Below the pieces are notes generated by a model, which was not told where the DNA came from, did no database searches, and saw only the letters and a list, made by a program, of their open reading frames with translations. The translations under genes were made by a program, and so were the position numbers. From Ginglymostoma cirratum (taxonomy: Eukaryota), in assembly GCA_024137785.1 (NCBI GenBank), contig JAHRHZ010000268.1, forward strand, positions 14,026,698 to 14,090,697: a stretch of 64,000 nucleotides of DNA, in the 5' to 3' direction. The stretch's first letter is position 1. Each line of letters starts with the position of its first letter. Shown piece by piece: positions 13,470 to 25,200 of the stretch.

Positions 13470-13630
13470 CATACACACACAGACACACACACACACACAC
13501 ATTCACATACCCACAGACACACAAACACACAAACGCACACAAACGCACACACACACAACCCACACACATAAACACATATACATGTATTGCGAGCATACAC
13601 ACACACACACCTGTATATACAGACAGACAC
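13470..13630 (+). repeat. Imperfect (CA)n microsatellite
   Basis: Interrupted acacacac runs. Confidence 0.9.
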
Positions 13631-14352
13631 AAAATGGTATAATAGGTGGAAGGAAACAAAATACTCGGTCAACTCACAACAGGCGGACTGTGGCAGTTCA
13701 AGAAAGCAGCTCCCCCCCACCTTTGTAAGGGCAAATAGGGATAGGCAATAAATGCTGGCCAGCCAGCAATGCTCACATCCCATGAATGAATTAAAAACAA
13801 ACATGTTGTAATCAGTAATAGGAGTTTTCAGGGCTAATAATGAAAGGGACAAAGAGCTGTTGACAGAAAAGGAAATAAATTCAGACAGTAGAAGAAGATT
13901 CCCAGAAGATTATAAATGTATAAAATATTTTTATATTACTATTTCATTTTTGGGTTCCATGCCCATGTGAAGGAACATTTTCAGATATTGCCTGAGCCAC
14001 CTTTCTAAATAGTGAGTTTTAAATTAAACACAGGTTCGGCAGCTGCAATTGCTGTAATTGTTCATTCTGTGAGAACAATGTACTGATGAAGGCCTTTTGT
14101 CTGCCAGCCTCAGAAGCTACAACATTCCCCTTGTTTTACAAATAATCATGCTTCAAGGTCTGTCAGTTTTAAAGGAATAAGCAAAGGCTTTGGCCAACAG
14201 TTTGAACCCAACATGGCTCTCCTTATCTTGATATTTGTTAAACAAGAATAAGGTCCTTGAATTACATTTAGATTTACTACTGCCTTGATTCATTATTGAT
14301 ATCCATGGCAGGACAGTATCAATGTTTCATGAAGTCATTATCTCTTGCATTG

Positions 14353-15301
14353 AGATAACAAGGTGTAGAGCTGGATGAACACAGCAGACCAAGCAGCACC
14401 ATAGGAGCAGGAAAGCTTGACGTTTCGGGCCTGAACCCTTCATCAGAAATGGGGGAGGGGAAGAGGGTTCTGAAATAAATAGGGAGGGGGGGAGGCGGAT
14501 GAAGATGGATAGAGGAGAGGATAGGTGGAGAGGAGACAGACAAGTCAAAGAGGCGGGGACAGAGCCAGTAAAGGTGAGTGTAGGTGGGGAGGTAGGGAGG
14601 AGATAGGTCAGTCCAGGGAGGACGAACAGGTCAAGGAGGCAGGATGAGGTTAGGTAGGAAATGGGGGAGCGGCTTGAGGTGGGAGGAGGGGTTAGGTGGG
14701 AGGAAGGACAGGTTAGGGAGGCGGGGACGAGCTGGGCTGGTTTTGGGATGCGGTTGGGGGAGGGGAGATTTTGAAGCTTGTGAAATCCACATTGATACCA
14801 TTGGGCTGCAGGGTTCCCAAGCTGAATATGAGTTGCTGTTCCTGCAGCCTTCGGGTGGCACCGTTGTGGCACTGCATGAGGCCCAAGATGGACATGTCAT
14901 CTGAGGAATGGGAGGGGGAGTTGAAATGGTTCACGACTGGGAGGTGCAGTTGTTTGTTGCGAACCGAGCGCAGGTGTTCTCCAAAGCGGTCCCCAAGCCT
15001 CCGCTTGGTTTCCCCAATGTAGAGGAGGCCACAATGGATACAGCGGATGCAGTATACCTCATTAGCAGATGTGCAGGTGAACATCTGCTTGATGTGGAAA
15101 TTCTTCTTGGAGCCTGGGATGGAGGGGAGGGAGGAGGTGTGGGGCAAGGTGTGGCACTTCCTGCTGTTGCAGGGAAAAGTGCCGGGTGTGGTGGGGCTGG
15201 AGGGGAGTGTGGAGTGGACAAGGCTCCCATCTGGACAAGTGGTCCCTCCGGAAAGTAGATAAGGGTGGGAAGGGAAAAATGTCTTTGGTGGTGGGGTCGG
15301 A
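14353..15301 (-). mobile_element. Penelope-like element (Neptune-type), 5'-truncated GIY-YIG end
   Basis: ORF 14713-15318: FPCNSRKC..VYCIRCIHCGLLYIGETKRRLGDRFGEHLRSV; same 3' end as the 4824 copy; possible TSD ttgcattg. Confidence 0.9.
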
Positions 15302-15465
15302 TTGCATTGGATCTGCACAAATGGTTTGATCTATTTATGTCAACCGCGGTAATAGTTCATACTAGGAATGTTTAACAATGTTAACTGCAACCTGTATCTG
15401 CAAAGATTCCCAATATAAAATGTAATTTATGGGGGCTTAGGACAAAAGAGATTTATCTCAGCCTA

Positions 15466-15681
15466 TAGATAACACAGTGTGGAGCTGGAGGAACACAGCA
15501 GGCCAGGCAGCATCAAAGGAGCAGGAAAGTTGACATTTCATGTCAGGACCCCTCTTCAGAAATCTGAAGAAGGGTCCCAAACCAAAACATCAACTTTCCT
15601 CCTCCTCTGATGCTGTCTGGCCTGCTTTGTTCCTCCAGCTCCACACTGTGTTACCTCTGATTCCAGCATCGACAGTTCAAG
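15466..15681. mobile_element. Short palindromic PLE-derived element
   Basis: About 90-bp inverted arms related to the Neptune-type 3' end; TSD ctcagccta at 15457-15465 and 15682-15690. Confidence 0.85.
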
Positions 15682-15935
15682 CTCAGCCTACATGACTCCA
15701 GTTATAGAGATGAGTAACACTCTGTGATCCTCCCTCTTAGCCAAATGTCATGAAGCTGTAATATATGGGCTAGTTATCTTTGATTCCATTGATTGATTTA
15801 ATATCTGAGATTTTCGTTTGAAATAAACCATCTTTAAAATAACTAATATACCATGCTTTAAACAGTTCCAGAAGCTATTTGGACTGCATGTTGACCAAGG
15901 ACCATGGGAGCTTTCAAAAAGGATGACTAAATAAT

Positions 15936-17298
15936 TTTGAGGTTGGTTGGCTCGCCAAGCTGGTTTGTTGTTCCGCAGACATTTCATTACCGTGCTTGGT
16001 AACATCCTCAGTGCAGCATCTGATGAAGCGTCGGTGTGTTTTCCCGCCTGGTTTTTAAACTCTGGGGTCCGTTGCGATGGATTGCCTCACTTCCGGGTTT
16101 CCACCGTAATGGAATGTATATGGGGTCAAGTTCAATGTGTTTATTAATAGCATGCTTCGTGGAGTGCCATGCTTCCAAGAATTCTCGTGCTTGTCTCTGC
16201 CTAGCCTGTCCCAGGATCTTCGTGTTGCCCCAGTCGAAGTGGTGGTTCTCCTTGTCCATGTGGATTGAGATGAGTGAGTATTGGTCGTGTCTTTTTGTAG
16301 CCAGTTGGTGTTCATGTACTCTTGTTGTTAGTTTCCTTCCTGTTTGTCCGAAGTAGCGTTTTTCTCGCAGTCTCTGTAGGGGATCTTGTAGATGACATTA
16401 GTCCTGTCCATGGCGGGGAGTGGGTCTTTAGTTCGGGTGAGCACTTGTCGTAGGATTGATGTGGGCTTGTGTGCCACTCTGATGCCCAGCGGTCGTAGAA
16501 GTCTTGTGGTGAGTTCTGACGTGTTCCTAATGTAGGGTAGTGTGATGAGTGTGTCGGGGCGTGTAGAATCTTTCTGATGCTCTTCCTGTAGGCATCTCCT
16601 GACCCAGTTCTTTGGATATCCATTATCTTTGAACACTTGGAAGTGGTATTCCTCCTCCTCTTGGCGCAGTTCCATGTTGCTGCAGTGTGCTGTTGCCCTT
16701 TTAAATAGTGTTCGCACGCAGCTTTGTTCGTGTGTGCTGGGATGGTTGCTATTGAAGTTCAATACCTGGTCTGTGTGTGTGGCTTTTCGGTGTACTTTCG
16801 TTTGCAGTTCCCGTTTGTCTTGCGCTCTACCATGACGTCCAGGAATGGGAGTTGTTTGTTCTTCTCCTCCTTTCTGGTGAATTTTGTTCCGGTGAGGGTG
16901 TTGTTTATGAGTTTGTGTGTCTCTTCTAATTTGGTCCGTTTAATGATGACAAAGGTGTCGTCTATGTAGCGCATCCATAGTTTAGGTTGGATTTGCGGAA
17001 GGGCAGTCCTTTCCAGTCTTTGCATCACTGCTTCTGCTATGAGTCCGGAGATAGACGATCCCATGGAACACATTGAACTCGACCCAATATACATTCCACT
17101 ATGGAGGAAACCCGGAAGTGAAGCAATCCATTGCAATGGACCCCAGAGTTTAAAAACCAGGCGGGAAAACACACCGACGCTTCATCAGATGCTGCACTGA
17201 GGATGTTACCAAGCACAGTAACAAAACGTCTGTGGAACAACAGACCAGCTCAGCGAGCCAACCAACCTCAACACCCACACCTACAGATCTACTCCAAA
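15936..17298 (-). mobile_element. Penelope-like element (Penelope/Poseidon-type), RT plus GIY-YIG fragments, inverted termini
   Basis: MGSSISGLIAEAVMQRLE..RYIDDTF (RT), NFNSNHP, NVIYKIP; frameshifted; about 200-bp inverted copy at 17070-17271; TSD actaaataat at 15926-15935 and 17299-17308. Confidence 0.92.
17194..17233 (+). ncRNA. Minimal hammerhead-like motif, Poseidon-type family (mutated)
   Basis: Consensus with mirror copy 15975-16014 (-): GCA-CTGAGGA-t-GTTACC-aagcac-GGTAAC-GAAAC-GTC-TGC. Confidence 0.65.
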
Positions 17299-18549
17299 AC
17301 TAAATAATGTTATTAAGGAACTGTTTTATATTAACATAGTTGAAAGTGATAACAAGCAACAAACGTCTCATCTGAAGGAACAGCAGAAACAAGAGAAAAT
17401 CTATTTAAAAGCATTACACTGATAGCTGTGACAATGAGAGATTGAAAGTCCTTCAATGACCATGAATTGGCTCCATTATGGGGAATTTAAAACTAAAAGG
17501 AACTTCAAGTACCATAGCCTCCACTCGGGGGAAAATTTTGACTGCAGTTTGAAAGAAACAGTTTCCAGAAAAACAACCAGCTTACATTAGTCAAGGCACC
17601 ACTGGATTTCCAGACCACAGAAGGAATATCAGAATATATAATTCTTTACAATTATGGTTTTTATATTTTTCCAATCCACATCATCCAGCCTGTAATTTGT
17701 TCTATTTACTGGGATGCTTGTGTGTATATGTTGCAGGTTTTAGTAATGTTTACACTTTAAATCTAAGTGTTTATATTTAATTAACAAAATAAACTCATTA
17801 TTTCCTCACTCAAGAGATCTGGCTGGCTTGTTTCTTCATAGCTTTATACACGGTTGAGGATATATTGATTTGAAAACGGGCATCATTTCAAAAAAGCCAA
17901 GGTCTTTTACCAACCTCAGGGTTGAAAAGAAAGGAATTCATTCACTGGACTTAGTTGAATATTACAATTAAAAGGATTAATTCAGATTATTTCCTGACAA
18001 GAAATTGGAGGTTATCAAGACAAAGGATAAAAGTTGGAACTCACAGTCTTCGTTGGCACCGTTTCACCATTGTGTCTACGGTGTAAATACCTTTGAGACA
18101 TGGTTCACCGTCACTTCAGAAGAAAGATTTTGCCTGCGCTGCCAGCACTTGAAGAAACCTGGGCTTTCGGGGGATATTCTTCCACATTCTTTTTTGTTAA
18201 ATATATCTGACATCTTGCTTGACGCATCCAAAATGATGAACCCTGTTCTTTTGTACTTTTTTGGTGGAGATGCAACGGAGGAATACAATGTGTATAATTC
18301 ACATCCTGGATATTGTGCTGGTTGTTGTCACTCAGCATCACCACACAATCAGTAACTTCTCTAAGTCTACTTCCTCCGTTTCTTCCAGCATGACTAGGGT
18401 GTTGCACGTTTGTCTGAGTTGGTTGCTATTCCTTCATAATTTATCACCATGATCAGGAATTATCAGGTATTATCTGGGCTGGTGGCGTATTCTGGAAATA
18501 TTTGGTGTATTTCTAACCCATTCTCTTTGCTCAGCTTTGGTATTCCTAT

Positions 18550-18765
18550 CACAACAAAAACAAAGTTGCTGGAGAAGCTCAGCAGGTCTGGCATCAGTGA
18601 AGGGAAAAACAGAGTTAACGTTCTGAGTTCCCAGTTCTGAGGGTCACCGGACCCGAAATGTTAACTCTGTTTTTCCCTTCACAGATGCTGCCAGACCTGC
18701 TGAGCTTCTCCAGCAACTTTGCTTTTGTTCTTGATTTATAGCATCTGCAGTTCTTTCGGTTTTTA
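18550..18765. mobile_element. Short palindromic PLE-derived element, family B
   Basis: About 70-bp inverted arms (gctcagcaggtctggca / tgccagacctgctgagc); TSD tttggtatt(c/t)ctat at 18536-18549 and 18766-18779. Confidence 0.85.
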
Positions 18766-19114
18766 TTTGGTATTTCTATGCCTGATAACTCATCATGTAT
18801 CTCTTTCATTCTATTCTGTTTTTGAAAAAAAATGTCTATGCCTCAGAATGTTTAGATGTTTGGTTGCTGGACAAGGCTGTTCCAATGTATCTTCGAACAT
18901 AAGTTCTTCTGGGTAAGGTAAACCGTTCTCCAGCGATGTTTCAGGAAAATGTAGCAACACAGTTCACAAATCTTGCTTTGTTGTGTGACACTTATTGATA
19001 ATGGATTTGTTTGTGTTCTGTTACACTGTTAAAATATGAATAATAGAGTGACAGTGTGATATGGGTAATGATCCACTTTATACATATTCCTTGGTTTGTC
19101 AGGGATCTACAGTC

Positions 19115-19329
19115 GATAAAAAAAGAACTGCGGATGCTGGAAATCTGAAATATAAAAACAGAAATTGCTACAAAATCTCAGCAGGTCTGGCAGCATCTGT
19201 GGAAAGAAATCAGAGTTAACGTTTCAAAGTTCTGAAGGAGGATTATTGGACCTGAAATGTTAACTTTGATTTCTGTCCACAGATGCTGCCAGACTTGCTG
19301 AGATTTTTCAACAATTTCTGTTTTTGTAA
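19115..19329. mobile_element. Short palindromic PLE-derived element, family B
   Basis: Inverted arms; TSD ctacagtc at 19107-19114 and 19330-19337. Confidence 0.82.
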
Positions 19330-20119
19330 CTACAGTCCATTGTCAGACACTATCCATTTCAAGATACAGAATAAACTGGAAGTATTGCTTAAATAAAAAC
19401 AAAGACCTGTAAATGTCGGCAATTAGAATGTATTGTTCCACGTGTCAACAGCTGTCACATTAGTTGTGTTTCTAAGGTTTCCAAACAATAGGAAATTTGG
19501 AAAGGTAGTTAGTCTGAAGAATGTAATATTCCCCATGCACTATGAACAATTCTGGTGATACTTTTGCCTAAGGAATAGATGAAAAATTGTGTGGATGTAA
19601 ACATTCCTGTGCTGCTGGGGTTGATTTATTTGGCATCCCTCACATACATTCAGAAGTCATTGAATATCCTGATTCAACACTGGCTTGTATAAATTCAAGC
19701 GTTAATTGGGAAGGTACATTTAGTACCTATATGCCCCTGGTGTAACATGAAAATATCTTGATGTAATGCTTGCAGAATTAGGACCATAATGCATTTGAAA
19801 ATGAGTTGTTGTGATAAACCAAGTTCATCTCTGTATGGCCAAAATGAACAAATCCTATTGCTAATATCTTTAATACTGTTAGCCAATCCCGCGACAACAG
19901 TGTCTTACAACATTTGTTAATTTTGACACATGTCTGTTGCAGTTTCACCCTGGTCCTGGTCAAAGTGAAAGAGTTCAATCTTGAGACCACTTCAATCTCA
20001 CAGTCCATAGCATCAATGTGAAAGTCAAGAGGAATATCTTAGTCTTTATGTGGGTTGCATAATCTGCACAGCATGCCAGACCCATATTTCACTTCAAAGT
20101 CACATCCTTACACCTTGAC

Positions 20120-20944
20120 TACACCTGCCCCCACACCTCCTCCCTCACCCCAATCCCAGGCCCCAAAAAGACTTTCCACATCAGGCAGAGGTTCACCTGC
20201 ACATCTGCCAATGTGGTATACTGCATCCGCTGCACCCGTTGTGGCTTCCTCTACATCGGGGAAACCAAGCGGAGGCTTGGGGACCGCTTTGCAGAACACC
20301 TGCGCTCAGTTCGCAACAAACAACTGCACCTCCCAGTCGCGAACCATTTCAACTCCCCTTCCCATTCCTCAGATGACATGTCCATCCTTGGCCTCCTACA
20401 ATGCCACAGTGATGCCACCCGAAGGCTGCAGGAACAGCAAATCATATTCAGCCTGGGAACCCTGCAGCCTAATGGCATCAATGTGGATTTCACAAGCTTC
20501 AAAATCTCCCCTCCCCCAACCGCATCCCAAAACCAGCCCGGCTCATCTCCACCTCCCTAACCTGTTTTTCCTCTCACCCCAAGCCACACCCCCATCTCCT
20601 ATCTACTAACATCATCCCGCCCCCTTGACCTGTCCGTCCTCCCTGGACTGACCCATCTCCTCCCTACCCCCCTACCTACACTCACCTTTACTGGCTCCAT
20701 CCCCGCCTCTTCGACTTGTCTGCCTCCTCTCCACCTATCCTCTGCTCTATCCATCCTCTATCCGCCTCCCCCTCTCTCCCTATTTATTTCAGAACCCTCT
20801 TCCCCTCCCCCATTTCTGATGAAGGGTTTAGGCCCGAAACGTCAAGTTTTCCTGCTCCTATGATGCTGCTTGACCTGCTGTGTTCATCCAGCCCCATGCT
20901 TGTTATCTCGGATTCTCCAGCATCTGCAGTACCTTTTATCTCTA
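20120..20944 (+). mobile_element. Penelope-like element (Neptune-type), 5'-truncated
   Basis: ORF 20213-20560 VYCIRCTRCGFLYIGETKRRLGDRFAEHLRSV; TSD-like accttgac at 20112-20119 and 20945-20952. Confidence 0.9.
20813..20846 (+). ncRNA. Minimal type I hammerhead ribozyme-like motif, Neptune-type family
   Basis: CTGATGA-a-GGGT-ttag-GCCC-GAAAC-GTC; equivalents at 6532-6559 (+), 4925-4952 (-), 14419-14446 (-), 39281-39308 (+). Confidence 0.7.
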
Positions 20945-21339
20945 ACCTTGACAAGTAGATGCTTAAATGGCTTTGGTGCACTTATTAGCAATTTTCAGCA
21001 GATCATTTATAATGGCTTATGATCTTTCAACAGTGAACTTTTTTGCCAGTTAAGTATCTGTGAAACTACATAATGTCAATTACCAGGATTAATGTCTTAT
21101 GTTCTTTATTGGAATAATTGGCTTGCAGAGATGACAGGCTTTCGGAATGAAAAACAATAGTTGTATCATCTTGCAAAAAACACATGCTTAAGCCTCTGCG
21201 TGTTGTATCTTTTCGTTGGGTCATAGTATTGCAACAGTGAGACTTTATTGACAGAGCCTGCTTGAGAGTATGGAACACATTGGTGATCACCTTGCCGCAA
21301 GTAAAGCTATCTTTCTTGAACAAATCTCTTAACAGACAT

Positions 21340-21443
21340 CAACAACAACAAAAACAAAGTGGCCGGTAAAGCTCAGCAGGTCTGGCAGCATCTGTGGAGG
21401 AGAAAACAGAGTTAACGTTTCGGGTCCAGTGACCCTTCCTCAG
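21340..21443 (-). mobile_element. Single-arm family B element with intact hammerhead-like core
   Basis: Minus strand reads gttCTGAGGAagggtcactggacccGAAACGTTaac; TSD aacagacat at 21331-21339 and 21444-21452. Confidence 0.8.
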
Positions 21444-21774
21444 AACAGACATACCTTGCTCACTCAGTCAGGAAAATACAGGGAAAGAAGGGTAAAGCAG
21501 GGGTTCTGTGAGAATCCAGGAATGCACAAAAAGAATAAGTGCTGAGAGAGCTAGCAAGCAGCTCTGAAATGCAAGCTGGTCCAGTCTGTGAGCTGGACAC
21601 CTGTCCCTGCCCGCCAAGTGTCCCACCCACAGTATTGCAATATTAGATGCTGGTGTACTCAAAAGTGCAGCATGGCAGTGCAGAACAGCGTGTGAGTGGA
21701 TTAGAGATGTGCCATAAGGGTATGGAAAGGCTGGCTCATATTGGACGTCAACATACATGGACGTCGGGTCTCAA

Positions 21775-22107
21775 AAGGGGCGCTGCGTCCGCAGGTCCTC
21801 CTACTGGAGAAGGGTGTGTGTGCTGAGGTCCTCCTACGGCAGGAGGCGTTGTATCCGCAGGTCCGCCGACTGGAGGGGGCGGTGTGCTGGTGTCCTCCTA
21901 CCACTGGGGGCGCTGTGGGCCGAGGGACGGGGTGCGCTATGTGTTCAGGGCCTCCTACCGCGGGGGGCGCTGTGGCCTGAGGGCCTCCTAGCGGAGAGCG
22001 GTGTTGTGGGCTGGGGTCTTCCGAGCCGACACGGGCGTTGAGCGCTGAGATCCTCCTAACCGGAGGGGGCGCTCCGTTCGGAGGTCCGTCTAGGGGAGAG
22101 GGGCGCT
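21775..22107 (+). repeat. Degenerate GC-rich tandem repeat, unit about 33 bp, about 10 copies
   Basis: GGGGCGCTGTG...AGGTCCTCCTAC variants recur at 31-34 nt spacing. Confidence 0.75.
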
Positions 22108-22242
22108 TCGTCTGATTGGAGCCGCCTCTCTCGCGAGCTTTGCGGAAATCCCGTGTTTCGTGGCTGAGGTGGAAGCTCCACGTCAGAGGAGTCATCAGTC
22201 CGGCCGGGCCTGGGTGTGAGCGCCGGCTGAGGTGCTGCAGCG

Positions 22243-22245
22243 ATG
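22243..22245 (+). CDS. COPB2: COPB2 exon 1 (coding part is ATG only)
   Basis: gcagcgATG|gtgggt in the CpG island; exon 2 begins phase 0 with Pro2. Confidence 0.85.
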
Positions 22246-25200
22246 GTGGGTACATGGTTGTTGACAGGGACTAGCAATGGCTGGCTGGCTGGCTGGCTGG
22301 CGGGCGGGTAGGGAGCCCGAGCCTAACTGTGGGTGCGGGAGGTCGTGGCTGCTGGAAGTCTCCTCCCTGTTATATCAATCACAAAGGGCCCGGCCCCACA
22401 GGCCCTAAGTACAGCCGCAGAGGGTCCCCGGTTTGGGAAGGCCATCTGTATGTACATGTTGCTGATACAAGGGCCAAGCTCTGAAGCAGTGAGAGGAAGG
22501 TGTAGGCTGGAAGGAACTGCATCTGTCCGGCCTCTTGTTCTGCAGTTAAACCCAAATACTGCGGAGGCTGGGATCTGAAGTTAAAAAAAAACACTGGAAA
22601 CAATCAGCAAGTCTGCTAGGATCTGAGGAGAGAAATCAGAACTCCTTTCATTATTGTTCACCGTTGTCAGGCTCGTGCTGTGAACAGGGTCGTCTGGGGT
22701 TAGTAAGTAAATTGTGTTTTAATTTAGGCATGTTTGTATCCTATTAGATATTTAAGTCTTTATAACTTCTAATCATTGAGTCCACAGCTAGTGAGAGCTG
22801 AATTCCTGTGTAGATATATAGTTGAAGGTTTGAGGCTGTTGTAACGCAGAAATGAGGTCGAAGTGTACCTTAATAAACAGTAGCATTAAGAAAATGAGTC
22901 GTCTGGAACACAGTCTGTTTCTCTCCCAAAGTTGCTGCTATACCTAATGAGTTTCTTCATTTTTAGGCTGGATTAACCCTCTCATCTGTCCTGCCTTCTG
23001 TAGAATTGCAAGCTGTGGAGGAATAGACTGATTTGAACATGACTGTTGTTTACCTAAAAACTCATTAATGACTTTTGATGTGAGATCAAAGTAGACAGTT
23101 ATTCGGACCACCACTCATTTCTGCTTCCACGTCAAAAGTTGTGATGAGTTGTGCACTTAAAAAAAATTTTGCAAATTGTGAATTCCTGCAATGAAAAACC
23201 TGCATGAGATGTAAGAGAGGATTTAAGTTAGGTGATGCTTGCTGCCATCTGATCAGTGGGAGCAGATGTGGGCCATTGGGCCCATCAAGTTTGCTCTGCC
23301 ATTAAATGAAATGGCTGATCTGATAATCTGTATGGTATACAAAAACAGAATTAGCTGGAGAAACTCAGTGTGTCTAGCAGCATCTGTCGAGAGAAAGTGG
23401 TGTCAATGTTTTGGGTCTGGCGACCCTTCTTTAAAACAGATTTTAGCTAGGAAAAGGTTGGTATATGCATTGAAGATAGGACTCGATTTTGAGACCTGAA
23501 GGCTACAGAGTGTCCAAACAGAAAATGAGATGTTGTTCTTCCACCTTTGCTGAGATTTGCTGGTGCAAGACTGCAGGCTCAACTCTGAAATGTCGATCTG
23601 GGAACACAGCGTGACATGAAGCTTGGAGTCATTTTTAAAGTCTGAACATCTTCCACGTCCGACACCACCAACCCCACTCCCTGCCCCTACATACCAGGCT
23701 GTGCCATCACATGGGCAGCTTTCACCACAGCCAACCCGTCTTCAGGCACTAATGGTCCCCATTAGCAGCTTTTCTTTTCTCATAAAACTGAGACTTGTAG
23801 AATTGTGACAGTATGGAAACAGGCCATTCAGTGCATTAAGTCCACTCTGACCCTCCAACAAGCATCCCATTCAGAACCCCTCCCCAGTCCCTTTAACCCT
23901 GCATTTACCATGTCTAATCCAGCTAGCCCGCACATCCCTGGATATTTTGGACAATTTAGCGTGGCCGATCCACCTAATCTGCACATCTTTTGACTGGGGA
24001 GAACACTGGAGCACCCAGAGGAAACCCACACAGACACGGGGAGAATGTGCAAACTCCGCACACATTCTCCTGATGCAAGAATTGAACCTGGGACTCTGGC
24101 ACTGTGAGGCAGCAGTACTCCCCATTGAGCCACCATGCCACCCCTTGGCTCGCCCTCATCCATTCTGTTGTCTGCTCCAATGCTGTTCTTCTCTCTGGTC
24201 TCCATCTCCAGCTACAGTTTACTTTGTTGCCTGTCAAATTGTAGAGCATTCTTGGGAAATGATTGCTGTGTGTTTCTGCATCATTCCCTCTGGAGTCCTA
24301 AAGACATGTCATTCATATTCTCATTCACATGCTGCCTGTGACACCATTATTCAAGATTTCTCCATTGTGCTGTCAGACTGTTTATCTGACATGTAGTCTT
24401 AGGAGTTGCAATTTCTATTAATTAGACATGAGGAATATCAAATCTCTTGACGTTGATTCTTGTCAAAAACTCTTTGACATTGACTCGGCCCCCTTCACTG
24501 ACTACTATCAAATAGTGAACTGGAGTGTTAAAGTTATGATCCAAGTTGATTGTTAAACTTGCAAGATGTTTTTAATTTTAGTGACTATGGCATGATCAAG
24601 TTCCATATATATATATCTCACATTTTTCTTTCAGAATGTATGTAGGTAATTGGAAGTAGTTAATTAGAAATTCATATGCCGTAGGATTGGATGGATTAAT
24701 GATGGATTTAAACCATTGTTAGTAAAAATACTGTTTTTGCTGAAATGTTTATTTTGTTTTTCCCTCTCTTGAATGTAATGACTTGCTCCATATGGCTCGA
24801 TAGAAGGTAATGTCCCTTTGCTATCATGTGTGAGTGGCTCATTGTGTATGAATGTGCACAGGGAACGTGATCAGCTGCTGTAATGTTAAATTTTATGAAC
24901 TTATCTGGTAATAGTCTGCCATGACAATTCTGTATAAAGAAAGGAATTTTGTTTACAAATTTATGGACCTTTCATGACCACAAATTATTCAAATGTAGTT
25001 AATAGGTTAATACATCTTTAACAGAGTCCCACAAAGACTTGACTTGAAGCATTTAACAGTGATGGAATCAATGTCCCATATTTTATGATCAGTCAGCCTC
25101 ACATAACTCAGTTGTTACTGTGAAACAAATCCAGTGGACTTTATCCTTAATTTGATCCAATTAGAGAATTTACTTCATTTTGAGGAGCCTGTTTGTTAAC

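Larger units (their letters stand above)
18030..21330 (-). mobile_element. Decayed Gypsy/Ty3-like pol relic (RNase H to integrase), interrupted by PLE insertions
   Basis: LKQALS..GLSMCFLQ..SLSSLQANYSN (RNase H-like, 21066-21323), FWPYRDEL..LHQGHIG..KC (integrase Zn region, 19695-19886), YLSKFP-like near 19500; left edge uncertain. Confidence 0.65.
21745..22350 (+). promoter_or_regulatory. CpG island / COPB2 promoter
   Basis: GC- and CpG-rich block in CpG-poor flanks; inverted CCAAT (ATTGG 22115-22119), TCTCGCGAG (22129-22137), ETS-like GCGGAAAT (22142-22149), CCACGTCA (22178-22185). Confidence 0.85.

Noticed and set aside
13390-13852. His/Thr- and Cys/Val-rich ORFs
   Set aside because: Translations of a CA microsatellite
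14713-15318. Domesticated stand-alone GIY-YIG nuclease gene
   Set aside because: One of several similar truncated PLE copies, with no promoter or splice evidence
336-21700. RBP2/RBP1 exons expected upstream from mammalian synteny
   Set aside because: No such coding sequence recognised; region is repeats and unclassified DNA
21775-22107. CRISPR-like regular spacing
   Set aside because: Eukaryotic context, whole units are similar with no unique spacers, and no cas genes
21701-22277. 184-aa minus-strand ORF suggesting a divergent gene
   Set aside because: GC-rich tandem repeat with few stops and no recognisable protein; a divergent non-coding RNA cannot be excluded
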